From the human T2T-CHM13v2.0 reference genome, Homo sapiens: a stretch of DNA of 64,000 nt. A program made the position numbers and the translations under genes. The DNA is taken from the NCBI RefSeq assembly GCF_009914755.1, contig NC_060938.1. One strand, given 5' to 3'. Below, in pieces: positions 12,549 through 26,810 of the stretch. The number at the start of each line of letters is the position of its first letter. Position 1 is the first letter of the stretch. Below the pieces are notes generated by a model that searched no databases, was not told the DNA's origin, and saw nothing but the letters and a program-made list of their open reading frames with translations.

Positions 12549-14565
12549 TAAGTACAAGGAAAAGTGCAGCATAGACCTAAGCCACAACCACTCTTGACTG
12601 ATAATCTTGGGGCTCCAGATGGCAATGGGAGCTGGTTTCTTGATTGTGAGTCAAAACTTCTGTTTATGATTAAATTATTAACCTGTTCTCATTCTCAGTT
12701 CATGTTAATTCATCTTCATTACACCTCAATTCCATGGTTGGAAGTTAAAGACAACATTAAAAGTTCTGTTCTTGAACCACTATCTGTTCTATTACTACTG
12801 TGTCAGCATATTTTATTGATGTGAATGTCAGTGAGACAATAGGTATTTACTGAGTAACTACTTGATTCTATGGTCTGTGCAAGATTCTACAAAGCTGGCA
12901 TATTTTCCTTAATTCGGAAAGAGAAGAGTTGCTTGGTGAGATTAGAATAGTAGGGAATTTAATAACCCTAGTTCTGGAGTTGGTCAGAGTTGGATTTGAA
13001 CACCGGCATCTCTGCCTACTCATTATCTACCCTTGGACAAGTCACATAATCTTTCCTAGTCTCATTTGCAAAATAAGTGTAATAAGAGCTGCAACTTCAT
13101 GTTTATCATAAATATGGAATTATATAATATCTAGCACCTGAAAACCAGTCAATATACCATTCAAAAATAGAATAATTTTTCTATTTCGCTAGTAGATTAC
13201 AATCTATAAAAAGTGTTACATAAATAATCACATTGCATTATTTTAAGTAGCTATGTATTACTAATCATGAACTCTATTTTCTTGATGAAGAAACAAAAAT
13301 ACTTATCTACAAATACTTAGTATATCCTAACATTACATTAAACATTGTATGAACATTATTTGTTTGGTTATTATTTACCTCTTAAAACAACCCTGTGAAG
13401 TAAATACAATTATTTCCATTATTTATATAAGAAAAACATAAATGCAGAGAGACTAAATATGTTTTCCTTGGTCGCACAGTTACCAAGGGACAGGGCCACA
13501 ATCTTTATACCATAAATGTATGACTTAAAAATTCTTCCCTATCCACTACATTAAGATGCTTTCAAGAATACTGAGGTCCAAGATATTGCTTACAAGTATG
13601 GTAGGCTACCTTACATCAGATCAACTATTGGTCTGAGAATAACTTAAGGAGCTGAATTTTTAAAAAAATGTTTGAAAGTATTAGAGTGTTATGAAGACAG
13701 TAAGAACTCAATGGGCAATAAGCAAATCCCAAAAACATCATTTGGTTATTTTCCCTTGAGGTATTTCCTGAATTGTAAGCAAAAGCTTAAGGGCTAAGAA
13801 ACTGACCAGAGGTTTAGGCATCTATTAGGGCTAGGAAAATAAAACTCTGAGTTCCGGGCTTGCTAAGAAGGATTGTTCCTAGTAAACAATCCAGGATTTT
13901 GGTTGAGATCACTAAAGAGCTTCATCCTAGAAGTATGGGAAAACTGTGACTAGATCAGCCCTTGCAAAGACTAAAGCCTAGCTTTGAATCAATAAAAAAT
14001 AACTCGAGTTTGTGGGGCAAAAAAATCAAGAGAAGAAAATAGACAATAGAAAATGATCCATAGGAAGTTCAAATATTGGTTATCAGACACAGACTTTAAA
14101 ATAACTAACATGTTCAAAAATTTAAATGGCAAGAGAAAATTTCAGAATAAAACTGAAAATGATAAGAAGGATCAGTTGTAAACTCTAGAATCTAAAAAGT
14201 CAATAAAACATCTAAATACATGAGTTTCACAAGAGATTAGGCATAGCTCAAAGGAGAATTAGTAATCTGGAAGATAGGTCAGAAGACTATAATCAGTCTG
14301 AAGCATGGAGAGAAAGAGAAAATAAGAAATATATAGCACAATAAAAAATCTAGCATACCTATGACTAGATCCCAAGAAAAGAGAGAAAGAATGAGAAAAG
14401 CAATATTTGAAAGCAACTTTCCAAAACTCTTAAGAGACATCAAGTCACGTATGTTAGAAGTACTGCAAACCCCGAAAGGATAAATACGAAGAAAGCTACA
14501 TCGAGGCACATCATAGTAAAATTGCTAAAAACCAAAGACGAAAAGAAAATTATAAAAGCCAGCAA

Positions 14566-14870
14566 GGCTGGGCGCGCTGGCTCATGCCTGTAATCCCAGC
14601 ATTTTAGGGGGCCAAGGCAGGCGGATCACGAGGTTAGGAGATTGAGACCATCCAGGCCAACATGGTGAAACCTTGTCTCTACTAAAAACACAAAAATTTG
14701 CCGGGCATGGTGGTGTGTCCCTGTAATCCCAGCTACTCGGGAGGCTGAGGCAGGGAATCACTTGAACCTGGGCGGGAGAGGTTGCAGTGAGCTGAGATTG
14801 TGCCACTACACTCCAGCCTGGGCAACAGAGTAAGATTCCATCTCAAAAAAAAAAAAAAAAAAAAAAAAAA
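14566..14870 (+). mobile_element. AluS (Sc-like)
   Basis: Full dimer, long A tail, TSD approximately aaaagc(c)agcaa. Confidence 0.93.
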
Positions 14871-15259
14871 GCAGCAAGGAAATAATAAATAATACTTTCA
14901 AGGATGTAACAAGACTGACAGCTGACTTTTCAACAGAAATCATGGAACTTATAAAACAACAGAAAGATATTTGTGAACAGCAAAACAGCAAATATCTGCC
15001 AACCCAACCAAAAGATTATTTAAAATTAGAAAAAGATAGATACTTCAAGCAAACAAAAATTGAGAGAATTTATTACCATTAGGCTCATATTAAAGGAACT
15101 ACTAATGGGAATTACTAAGACAAAAGGAAAGCCATCCCACATGCTAAGACATTTCTGTGCAGGAAGAAATGAAAAGCAACAGAAAAGGTCAATATATGGG
15201 TAAATATAAATGAACCTTGACTGCACAAAATGAAATAATGTCTTAGGGGATTTAAAATA

Positions 15260-16511
15260 CTGTTCTTTGCTCTGCATGATAGTGTGGGATCATAAAATTG
15301 TGCAGACTGAAACTGTATTAAGCAGTCTTAATAATCAATAAGAAAAATTGTGTTGTGATTTCTAAAAGCTTTTATGAAAACATTAAAATTTCTCAGTCAG
15401 TTATAAATGGAAAGAAAAAATAATAAAACTAATATTTCACATACTGTAATTGTCAACATTAGAAATACTTAGAAGTAAAATGCTTTATTGCTTTGTAAAA
15501 GCTTAGCAAGAGTAGCTTAGACAGTGCTTGACCTTTTATCTTTATTATATAAGTTACAATAGAATATCTTTTCAATACCCTGGCAAATTGTCATACTTCT
15601 TTCTAAGTCTAGATTAGCTTCCATCATTTTATCCTTTGCTTTTTAAATATTATAAAATATTTTCAAGTGTTTCTTTAATGTAAAATTTTTTTACCGTCAT
15701 TGTTTCTTTTGGGACATCTTCATCCTTTGCATCCATTTTTCTCCCATCACTAAGTTCCTCTGATTAATATCTAGAGTTTCTCAGCCAGCCTGGACAACAT
15801 AGTGAGATCTTGTCTCTACCAAAAAAAAAATTAGCTGAGCATGGTAGTGCAAACCAGTGGTCCCAGCTACATGGGAGGCTGAGGTGAGAGGATTAATTAA
15901 GCCCAGGCATTCCAGGCTGCAGTGAGCTATGATCACACCACTGCATTCCAGCTTGGATGACAGAGAAAGAGCTGGTCTCTAAAATAAATAAATAAATAAA
16001 TAAATAGTCTCAGATGGTGGTGGTATCAACATTTTCATGCCAGTGATTTATTCTATAACTCCATTTACATTTTGTTTGAATTTCCCTTTCAGTAATATTA
16101 CATTTCATTTCTTGGCTTCATTTTCATCTTTATTGGTAAATTCACTCTTTCAATTAGCCATTTTTAGGAAATGTCATATGAGGTGATTACTGGGAAACAC
16201 ATAGGAAACACAATGACATGCTTTATTGTTTGTGAATGAACTGAGCAAGAGATGCCCAGTGAGCAACCATCAATGACTTTGAAGAGTGATGTAGTTGGTC
16301 ACCTATTATAATGTGCATCTGTTATTTACATAGTGATTTGTGGACTGAAGAGCTAGCAACAAAGTTTGTACTTTATTCAATGATTAATAGTTAATATACT
16401 ATGGTAACTGAAACTTGAGGGATGTGTTGAGGACAGTTATTATTTACATTTGATTAAATCATGGTAACTGAACTTCATGTGTATTGGAGCCATTCAAAGT
16501 AGAACTGCTTG
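15260..16511 (-). mobile_element. Tigger6-like TcMar DNA transposon remnant
   Basis: Both ends resemble the recalled TIR CAGGCAGTCCTCGCTTTGCACGG; TA flanks. Confidence 0.65.
15786..16005 (+). mobile_element. 5'-truncated AluJ nested in Tigger6
   Basis: caggctgcagtgagctatgatc (J-type), (TAAA)n tail. Confidence 0.85.
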
Positions 16512-16970
16512 TATGCATAGAATTAAAATATGCAGTAGCTTTTTAAAAAAAGTATAGGACATTATAAATAATGTGAAAGTGTTCTAAAGGTCTTTGAATT
16601 ATCTGAGAAGTGGTAAAAGTACTAACTGAAATTAAACTTTAATAAATCATAAATAAATGTTTTAACTCACAGGGCAGCTACTAAAATGCTTGTAGAAGAC
16701 TGGATAACTAACAGGCTAATAGTAGTGGGGAATGGAATGAAATTAATTAATTAATACAAAAAAGCGAGAAATTGGAAGAAATAGAGAGTTTCTGGAATAA
16801 ATAGTAGATTTAACTCCAAATAATCAGCATTTACATTAACTGCATTAAATGTAAAAGGACTAAATACTCTAAGTAAAATACAAAGATTGATTGCTGAATT
16901 TTTAATACTCGCTGTATGCTGCTTACAAGAGACATTTTAAACATTATACAGAAAGGTTGAAAGTGAAAAG

Positions 16971-17334
<364 letters not shown>

Positions 17335-19193
17335 CTAAGGGACACTTCATAAAGATTAAAGGAATTACTATATAAGATATAGTGATTCTAAATTTAATGT
17401 CTATAAGAGCATAGCTTCAAACCATATAAAGCAGAAATTGGTAGAACTAAAAAGATAAACAATAATTGGCAATCATACTGAGAGCTTATTTTAATATAGT
17501 TTTATCAATAATTGATAGAACAAGCATACCAAAATAGTAAATATACTGATAAAAAGTTAATAAAAAGATTTGAACATAATTTACAAACTTGATCATATTG
17601 GCTTATAAAAAATATTGTATCCAACAACTGCAGAGTATATATTCTTTTCAAAGACACATGGAACATTTACTAAAATTGACCACATGTGGGGCCATAAAAG
17701 CAAGTCTCAATAGATTACCAAAAAAATTAAAATCACCATGTTCTCTAACTAGTAAATAACCTAACTTCTAAATAACTCTGATTTCTAATTAACCATAGGA
17801 TTAAGGAAGAAATCATAATAAACATTAGAAAATAATTTTAACTAAATGATAATAAAAATATGACATATCAAAACCTGTGGGATGTAGTCAAAGTCATACT
17901 TAGAAGAAAACATATAGCCTTAAGACAACATATATTAGAAAAGAAGGCTAAAAATAAATCATTTATGTATCCTTCATAAGAAGTTTATATAATAGAGCAG
18001 TACATTAAAACCAAAGAAAGTAAAATAACACTGAGGCCCAGGAAGGCTGAGGATCCAGTACAGTAAAGACAACAACAGTCTTCAAAATTGAAAACCAAAT
18101 CTTCTGACTCCAAATCTCATATCCATTTATCAAACCATTTTGCTTCTTTGCCCCTTCACCAAAAATAAAAGCAATTAATTTGTAGTGAAGTCCTATATAA
18201 ACCCCATTGATCTTAAAAGCAGTCATTTTGTTTGTATTATGATCTTTTTCCTCACAAAGATTCCAGTTGTTATTTATAAGTTTTTTTAAGTAAACATTCA
18301 ATTCTCTACTCTGAGCAAAAGTGTTAACTTCCTAAACCGAAGGAAACTATTAAATACAGTAATTAAAAAGAGAATGAGTTTAAAAATAAATTATTAAAAG
18401 ATAATTTGCTTATATACTTGAGATATTGAGAGTCTAATATCTTAAAGATTTAAAGGATAATGCACCTTGTATTCTTCAAATGTTTCTAATATGTATCTGA
18501 CATTATTGTCTGCAAATGGTTTTGGTCAGCAGAAAAGATTAGTGAAGATTTTTGCATGCATGCCACCCAAATGTTTAATACATTTGTTTTATAATCATTT
18601 ATTAAGCAGCGACTATAATCAAAGCATTATAACTTGCATGAGAAATATAGAGCTGAAAGATCACTCATCTTTGCTCAAGGAATTGAGAATGGTTTTGTGG
18701 GTATAAGGCATGAAACTGAGTATCGATATAGAATGATTTGTTTAATTTATATACCATATAAGTACCATCAACCAAACGTTCCTGGGATTCCTCAGTATAG
18801 AATTAAAGCCCTCTGATTTGTTTAGGAAAGAGAGCTCTTTATTGTGTTGGATTTGCTGCAAGGATAGATATGTAGATACTAAACTTATGAATACACATTT
18901 CAAATGCCAATGCATATTGCCAGCATTTATTGAAAAGCTCCAATGAGGACTACAGCAGTAAAATAACATAATGTTATTCCATTTCATAAGTGTGTTTTCT
19001 TTCTAAGCTGCCCTTCAAAACTGACTTTTTTTGGTCCTGTGATTTGGTAAATAGAAAGATGAGCAGTTAGTTTACCATTGCCACTTCTAATTATCCCTGC
19101 CAGTACCTGTCCAGTCTTACAGAGCTCTATATACATTCTCTGAGATGGCTTCCCAATTCATGTTTAGATTTTGTTCTGTGATATGAATTAGAG

Positions 19194-19600
19194 TATTAGA
19201 ACATAAGCACTCTTTAGCCTAAAGCTGCCTCCTTGTAAATTTGGCCTAAAGGCCTCTCTGTATGCAGTGAACTATAACCTAACTGGATATGTGAACAGAC
19301 CACAGACCATAATTTACTTTTTTACCAATCACCGAGTTTCAGCCAGTCACAGGCGACCAATTGTTCAAACAGTGTTCAAATAAGGCAAAAGCTAAGCTAT
19401 AACCAATCTAGCTGCTTCTATACCTCACTTCTGTTTTCTGTATATCACCTTGTTTGCATCCCTCCCAGCTCCAGAAATTCTCTATCACACAGCAGCACCA
19501 AAGTCTCTCTGAACCTATTCTGGTTAGGGGGCTGCCCAATTAATGAATTATTCTTTGCTCAATTAAACTGTTAAATTTATGTAACATTTTCATCTTAACA
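19194..19600 (+). mobile_element. MER57-family solo LTR (ERV1)
   Basis: tttagcctaaagctgcctcctt, repeated CCAAT boxes, ctttgctcaattaaac, ends ttaaca. Confidence 0.8.
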
Positions 19601-19707
19601 GTACTGACATTGGGTCTGTGACCTAGAATTGTCATTCCCAAAACAAAAAGCTATTCATTCAATAAATACAGTATGTTTAACACAGTTAAACCTGTGACCA
19701 TGGCATC

Positions 19708-20351
19708 TTTTTTTTTCTTTTATTATTATACTTTAAGTTTTAGGGTACATGTGCACATTGTGCAGGTTAGTTACATATGTATACATGTGCCATGCTGGTG
19801 TGCTGCACCCACTAACTCGTCATCTAGCATTAGGTATATCTCCCAATGCTATCCCTCCCCCCTCCCCCCACCCCACAATGTGGAGAAATAGGAACACTTT
19901 TACACTGTTGGTGGGACTGTAAACTAGTTCAACCATTGTGGAAGTCAGTGTGGCGATTCCTCAGGGATCTAGAACTAGAAATACCATTTGACCCAGCCAT
20001 CCCATTACTGAGTATATACCCAAAGGACTATAAATCATGCTGCTATAAAGACACATGCACACGTATGTTTATTGTGACATTATTCACAATAGCAAAGACT
20101 TGGAACCAACCCAAATGTCCAACAATGATAGACTGGATTAAGAAAATGTGGCACATATACACCATGGGATACTATGCAGCCATAAAAAATGATGAGTTCA
20201 TGTCCTTTGTAGGGACATGGATGAAATTGGAAATCATCATTCTCAGTAAACTATCGCAAGAACAAAAAACCAAACACCGCATATTCTCACTCATAGGTGG
20301 GAATTGAACAAGGAGATCACATGGACACAGGAAGGGGAACATCACACTCTG
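19708..20351 (-). mobile_element. L1PA2/3 3' fragment with 5' inversion (twin priming)
   Basis: Poly(T) plus antisense 3'UTR at 19708-19877 fused to sense ORF2-end/UTR at 19878-20351; 14-bp TSD with one mismatch. Confidence 0.93.
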
Positions 20352-20384
20352 AAGACCATTGCATCTTAAAAGGCTATATGCAAG

Positions 20385-21400
20385 ATTCAAAATAGTAGAT
20401 CATTCTGTTCTTATTCATACCTCTTCCCTTGGCCTCTGTGATATCACAATCCTGGTTGGACTCCTATCATGCTGGTCAGTCTTTCCTATCATCTTTTGCT
20501 GGCTGCTTCCCCTTCCCCAGCTATAATTATTGGGCTTTCATATGGCCCAATCCTGTGTAGTCTTCTCTTTTCACTCTAACTTCTCCTGCTATGTGATCTT
20601 ATCTAACAATTCCCAAATTTATATATCTAGTTCAGGCCCTCATTCTTAGTGTTGGTATATACCTATTGGTCTACTTGACCTCTCTTCCCAGACATCTTAC
20701 ACATATCTCACGTTTTATATCCAAAACTGACATCTTGATTGTCGTCCTGAAATCTACTACTCCTGTGTATGTTGAGCCAATAAATGCCAACTTCCTTCAT
20801 CCTGATGCAAATCCCAAATACCTGAGATGTATCACTATACCTTCTTTCCTCATCACCCACTTCTACTCCTTCACCATGTCCTGTTGATTCTACTACCCTA
20901 ATATACAGAAAATGTATCCTCTTCCTCTCCACTGCCACCACCCTTATTTAAGCCACCATCATCTCTTGTTTGAACTATGATAATTTTATATCTTAACTGG
21001 TATTCCCAATTGATTTCCTCTAATTCAGTATCTTCACAGCAGCCAGAATGATTTTTCTTGAATAAAATCCAAGTATCTTAACATAAACAGCCAGGCCCAC
21101 AAGTTCAGCTGGTTCCTGCCCACCTCTGCGTTCTCATCATGCTTCACTCCTGCACACCTGTGTTCTTTGGTTTTTTGAACAGTCCAATATCTTTCTCACC
21201 TCAGGGTATTCACATGCTTTTGCCTCTGCCTAGACATTTATTTCTCTCTCTCTCTCTCTTTGCCTAGTTAACTCTACTGATTATTTTTTCAGCCTAATTA
21301 TGACCTACACAGAGACACATACCATTCAGCCCACTTCTGCATCTAAGTTAGATCCCCATTTGAATCTATCCTTGAATGCTTTTTGGTTTAGAACTTACTA
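20385..21400 (+). mobile_element. L2 fragment
   Basis: ccactgccacc...aagccaccatcatctct and cacagcagccagaatgat motifs. Confidence 0.65.
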
Positions 21401-21789
21401 AAATTTAGTATGACAATGCAGATGTTTGATAATAATAGGTCTCTGGAAGGCAGGATGCTTTGTGTGCCATTCACTTACACCAAGCTGTGAGGAAATCAAA
21501 CTAAAACAAAAAATGAAACAATGTATTCTGAACATGCATTTTAAAAATAATGGATTGGAAGAGTAGGCTAGTCTGAATTCATGAAAAATCTGATTGACAG
21601 AATGTTTAGTATATGTGTGTACACACACATATTCATACATATATGTTTAGCCAACCTTAATTGAGCATTTACCATATCCCAAGCACTACACTAATTGCTC
21701 AACACATATATACTCATTTAATCCTCACGACAATTCTCTAAAGTAGTTACTATCATTTTACAGCCAAAGCAACTGAGATTCAATAACTA

Positions 21790-22810
21790 CATCTTTATAT
21801 TTAAAATGCATTTCATGTAAACATCACAGAATTGGATCTTGCTTTTATATCCAGCCTGAAAATCTCAGCCTTTTAGTTGGAGTGTTTAATCCATGACATT
21901 TATTGTAATTATTGATATGGTTGGATTTCAGTCTACCATTTTCCTATTTGCTTTGTCTTCTCTGTTCTTTGTTCCTTTATTTCTCCTTGTCTTCTTTTGG
22001 ATTAATCTAGTTGTTTTTGCTTTTGTTTATTAGTGTTCTATTCCATTGGCTTTTTAGTCCTTTGCAAATTTTTTGTGATTACTCAAGAAATTATGACATG
22101 CATCCTTAACTTATCACAGTCTACTTAGAAATAATATTATGTTACTCCACATATCATGTAAGAACCTTTTGAAATTAAAATTCCATTTACCTTCTTCCAT
22201 CTTTCATGCTATTGTTGTCATATATTTTATTCCTATATATGTTATAAACCTCATAATACATTATTATGTTAACTTTAAAGATTCAATTAACTTTTACATA
22301 ATTTGAGTAAAGAAAAAAATAGTCATTTATATACGTTCAACATATTTAATATTTCCAGTGTCCATGCCCTTCTGTAGGTCCAATTATTTCCCTTTAGCCC
22401 AAAAAACTTTTAGTATTTCACTGTGGTTCTACTGGCAGCAAATTTTCTGAGGTTTTATTTACTGAAAATATATTTTACCTTAATATTTGAAAAACACTTT
22501 TGCTGAGTATAGAATTGTAGCAAAGCCATTTTTGTTTCAGCCTTTTGAAAATATCCTTCAATGTCTTCTGGCCTTCTTTTTTTCTGAGGAGTAGTCGTAT
22601 CCGTGTTATTATTCTCCTGTAAGTAATGTGTTTTTTCCCCTCTGGTTACTTGTAAAACTTTTTCTATATCTTTGCTTTTCAACTGTTTAATCATAATATG
22701 CCTAGGTGAGTTTTTTTATATTTAATCTGCTTAAGGTTTGCCGAACTTCGTGGATTTATGGGTTGCTGGTTTTGTTAAATTTGGACATTTTTGTCTACTA
22801 TTTCAATAGA
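21790..22810 (-). mobile_element. Old L1M fragment (antisense)
   Basis: T-rich, ttggatcttgcttttatatccag and ttttgctgagtatagaatt motifs. Confidence 0.65.
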
Positions 22811-22811
22811 G

Positions 22812-23225
22812 TATGTTAGAAGTGATACAATGCCAGTTCTAGTCCCAGTCTTTAAAAGAACTGGCAGCTTTTACTTTATATCCTTGGAACCCTGAACAAC
22901 CATGTAAGACGTCCAACTGCACTGATGGAGAGACCGTGTGGGAAGATCCTGAGATCCTGGGATGGAGAAAAGCCTAGCTGAGCCTAACCTTCTAGCAATT
23001 CCCATCAAAAAGCCAGGCATGTAAGCACACCCTTTTGGACCCTCCAAATTGTTCCAGACACCAGCTGAATAACACCCAGTGATCCTGGTGGAGGCTACAG
23101 AGAGCAGAAAATCACCCAGCTCAGCACTGTCTGGCATCCTGATCCACAAAATTGTGAGCTATAATAAAATGTTATTTTAACCACTTAATCTGGGGTAATT
23201 TGTTATGCAACAATAGGTAGCCAGA
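22812..23225 (+). mobile_element. MLT1-family MaLR LTR, 3' part
   Basis: aaattgtgagctataataaaatgttattttaacc...ggtaatttgttatgcaacaataggta end. Confidence 0.65.
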
Positions 23226-23786
23226 GGAAGTAGCAATTATATGTCAGTTAACAATGGGTAAAGGCATTGAGGATTTGTAAGAAAAAAATACAAGAATGGT
23301 AGGTTCTCTGTGAGTTATTCAGGATCCTAAGTGGATACAAATCATTTCCCCTGGGTAGTAACTTCAGCGAGGATACTGTTTGGACCGAAAAGTATGCATG
23401 TAATAAAGATTTATATCTGCAAAATGATGAAACACTGGACACTTCCATTTTCTATTGTACTTTCTCTATAAGAAAGTCAATAACATACAGATTGCTGCTG
23501 TTGTTACTCCTAATAATAATAGTGACCAAGTTCTGAATGCCTTTTGTGGGCCAGCACTCCACTAAAAGTACTTCACATACACTATCTCACTAGTTTTTAC
23601 CAAGCGTTAGTTTCTGCTATGTCAAATGAAGATGGTAATACATACCTTGCAGAGCTCTTGCCAAAGTTTTCTTAGCTAAGACATTTCAAAGTGAGAATTT
23701 GAACCCAAAAGTGTCTGCCTCCAAAACCACTGCAATGCCATAAAATCTCTTTAATTAAAATATCTGCAATAATTAAAGAAAATGCT

Positions 23787-24464
<678 letters not shown>

Positions 24465-25241
24465 TATGTGAGTTTTTTAAATCAAAAATAAGTGAAAAAT
24501 TTTACAACTGGGATAGGTGAAATGTGTGACTTATGCCTTATAGTACAATAAGACTATATTTTGCTGATCCACTAAGTTGAATCAAGTGGATGCATCAGAG
24601 GTTTCAAAATCACCAGCTTTAGCACCAATCCTTAAATAATCATGAAAGTAGCTGTATGCACCTGCCAGGCAATTTAGAGAATCACTTCTATAATGTTCTA
24701 TTTTTAGTGGAAAATCTGCTGATAAATTTAAATTTTCTTCAATGTGCTTTAAAAATCTGAATACTTATAAACTCTCCTCAATATCTCTTATTTTTAATTT
24801 CTCAATACATTAAAAGATACATCAAATCATGAATATTGCCTTTTGGTTATAGATTATTTCTTTCCTCCAGTTACATATGGAATGTTATAATAATTCATTA
24901 ATAATTATCAAAGAATTAAGACTTCTCTCATTGAAAATCCTCGATAATGTAGGAAATAATTTATTCTGTGAACTTTCATATTATAGATTAATATGAAAAG
25001 TAAGTGCTAGTCTAACAGTCAAGGCTTTAGAAACTAAGGTCTAATCTATACCAAGAGCTTTGACAGACTTTTAACTTTTGACCCAGTAATTCCACTTCTA
25101 TAAATTTTCCCTAAGAAAATAGAGTAGTGAAAAAAAGTTAATGTAAAAAGCCATTTGTTTCGGAGTTAATTATTTATATTAGAGAGAATTTGGAAAGGAC
25201 TTAAATGCTTAGCTAAGAGAATGGTCAAATATGAAATACTA

Positions 25242-25405
25242 AGCCAGGCGCAGAGGCACGAACCTTTAGTCACAGCTACTTGGAGACTGAGGTGGGAGGA
25301 TTGGTTGAGGTCAGGGATTTGAGGCTGTAGTGCACTATGACCCTGCCTGTGAATAGCCACTGCACTCCAGCCTGGGCAGCATAGCATGACCCTGACTTAT
25401 AAAGA
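25242..25405 (+). mobile_element. FAM (fossil Alu monomer) inside an old L1M 3' fragment
   Basis: Monomer keeps the 7SL-derived gtgaatagccactgcactccagcc. Confidence 0.8.
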
Positions 25406-26168
25406 GAAAATCTGTTGCTATAGACAATTTAATCACATAAGAAAAGCTTTTGTCATTATGTTATTTAAAATATATATGTATGTATGTATGTATATATATA
25501 TACTTAACAGAACAAAATAGTTTTTCTCTGTATTATCAAATGATGAGAGTTTTTTTTTACATTTACCAGCTTATTATAAAGGATATTACAAAAGATAGAG
25601 ATGAAGATTGCATAGAGTGAAGTATGGGGGAGGGGCGCAGAGCTTCCGCCCCCTCCCTTGGCACACCACCCTCCAGGAGGATGGTCAGCTGTCAGAAAGT
25701 TCATTTCCTTTTTGTATGAATGTGTTTCAAAGTTTTTTACAATAAATATGTATTACCTCTATAGTCAGATGAAATTAACTTTTTAAAGATCACTGTGCAT
25801 TAAACTTGAAATTAATACTTGATGTCAAGATACATCAGTAATGTATTATGTGATAGAACCCTGTCCTAAAATGTTACCTTAAAATTAATTTACCTATTTA
25901 TTAGTCTCAGGTTTCACCTAGGGATTGTATAGCACTTAAAAAATTTATAGTAACAAAATGATGGCTTGGGCAATATATACACATCTTATTTTTAAAATAA
26001 ATAGTAACTATTTCCTTATACCACCCAGAGTATGCAGCAAAGTGCACCTAATAGATGTCCAGTAATTATTCACTTATATTCTAATTAATCTCTTCCCACT
26101 CTAACCACTTGAGTGAGCAAACCTAGTCAAAATCAAGGTGACTGCCTTCCATTTTTTTGAACTATAGG

Positions 26169-26810
26169 TGAGGTGGGAAATTAAAGAAAAATAAAATTAA
26201 AAAGAAAGAGAAATAAGCTTTCCTATATTAAGCTGACTTGTCCCAGAGGCAGCAACAGGCACAGCCCAGACCCAGGAAAAGTCTTGATAATACTATTTAA
26301 TGTGCTCTGGAGACTCTCCCAGCACTCCCTCAACATAGGGAGAAGAAAAACAAATTTTCCTTTGTTTTATGGAATAAGTTTATAGATACTTGTTCTCTGT
26401 CACTAGTGACTTCAAGTATTCTGTTTTATCTAAGAAGTACAAAGAAAGTCATAAGAAGCCTGAGTAGGCCTGAACTACAGCTGCCTGGGCACCATAGTGA
26501 AGGTTATGAGATAAACCAGTGCAAGGCTCTTTAGAGCAAAACCTAGATAATGAACATCTAGGTTGCTTGGCAACGGTCATGTGCAATCCTGAGTTTGTCC
26601 TGCCTCTGTATCCCTGCTTTCACACCACTGTAAACTTGCTTCAAGCTAGCCCACCCCCTTTTGTGAAATGTGTATAAAAGTCAAGTGCTGTCTTTGTTCT
26701 AGGCCCAGTCTTTGGACATTGAGTCTGCTAAGTCCGAGTGCACTCAATAATAAAGATATCGTCCTGTATACACCCCAAGGTCTCTCTCTGGTCCTCCTGA
26801 TCCCACAACA
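26169..26810 (+). mobile_element. ERV1-class solo LTR (LTR15/LTR4-like; family uncertain)
   Basis: TG...CA ends, TATAAAA 26673-26679, AATAAA 26749-26754. Confidence 0.75.

Noticed and set aside
19846-20307. 153-aa ORF
   Set aside because: It is the L1 ORF2 C-terminus inside the inverted piece, with a start contributed by the antisense UTR; not a host gene.
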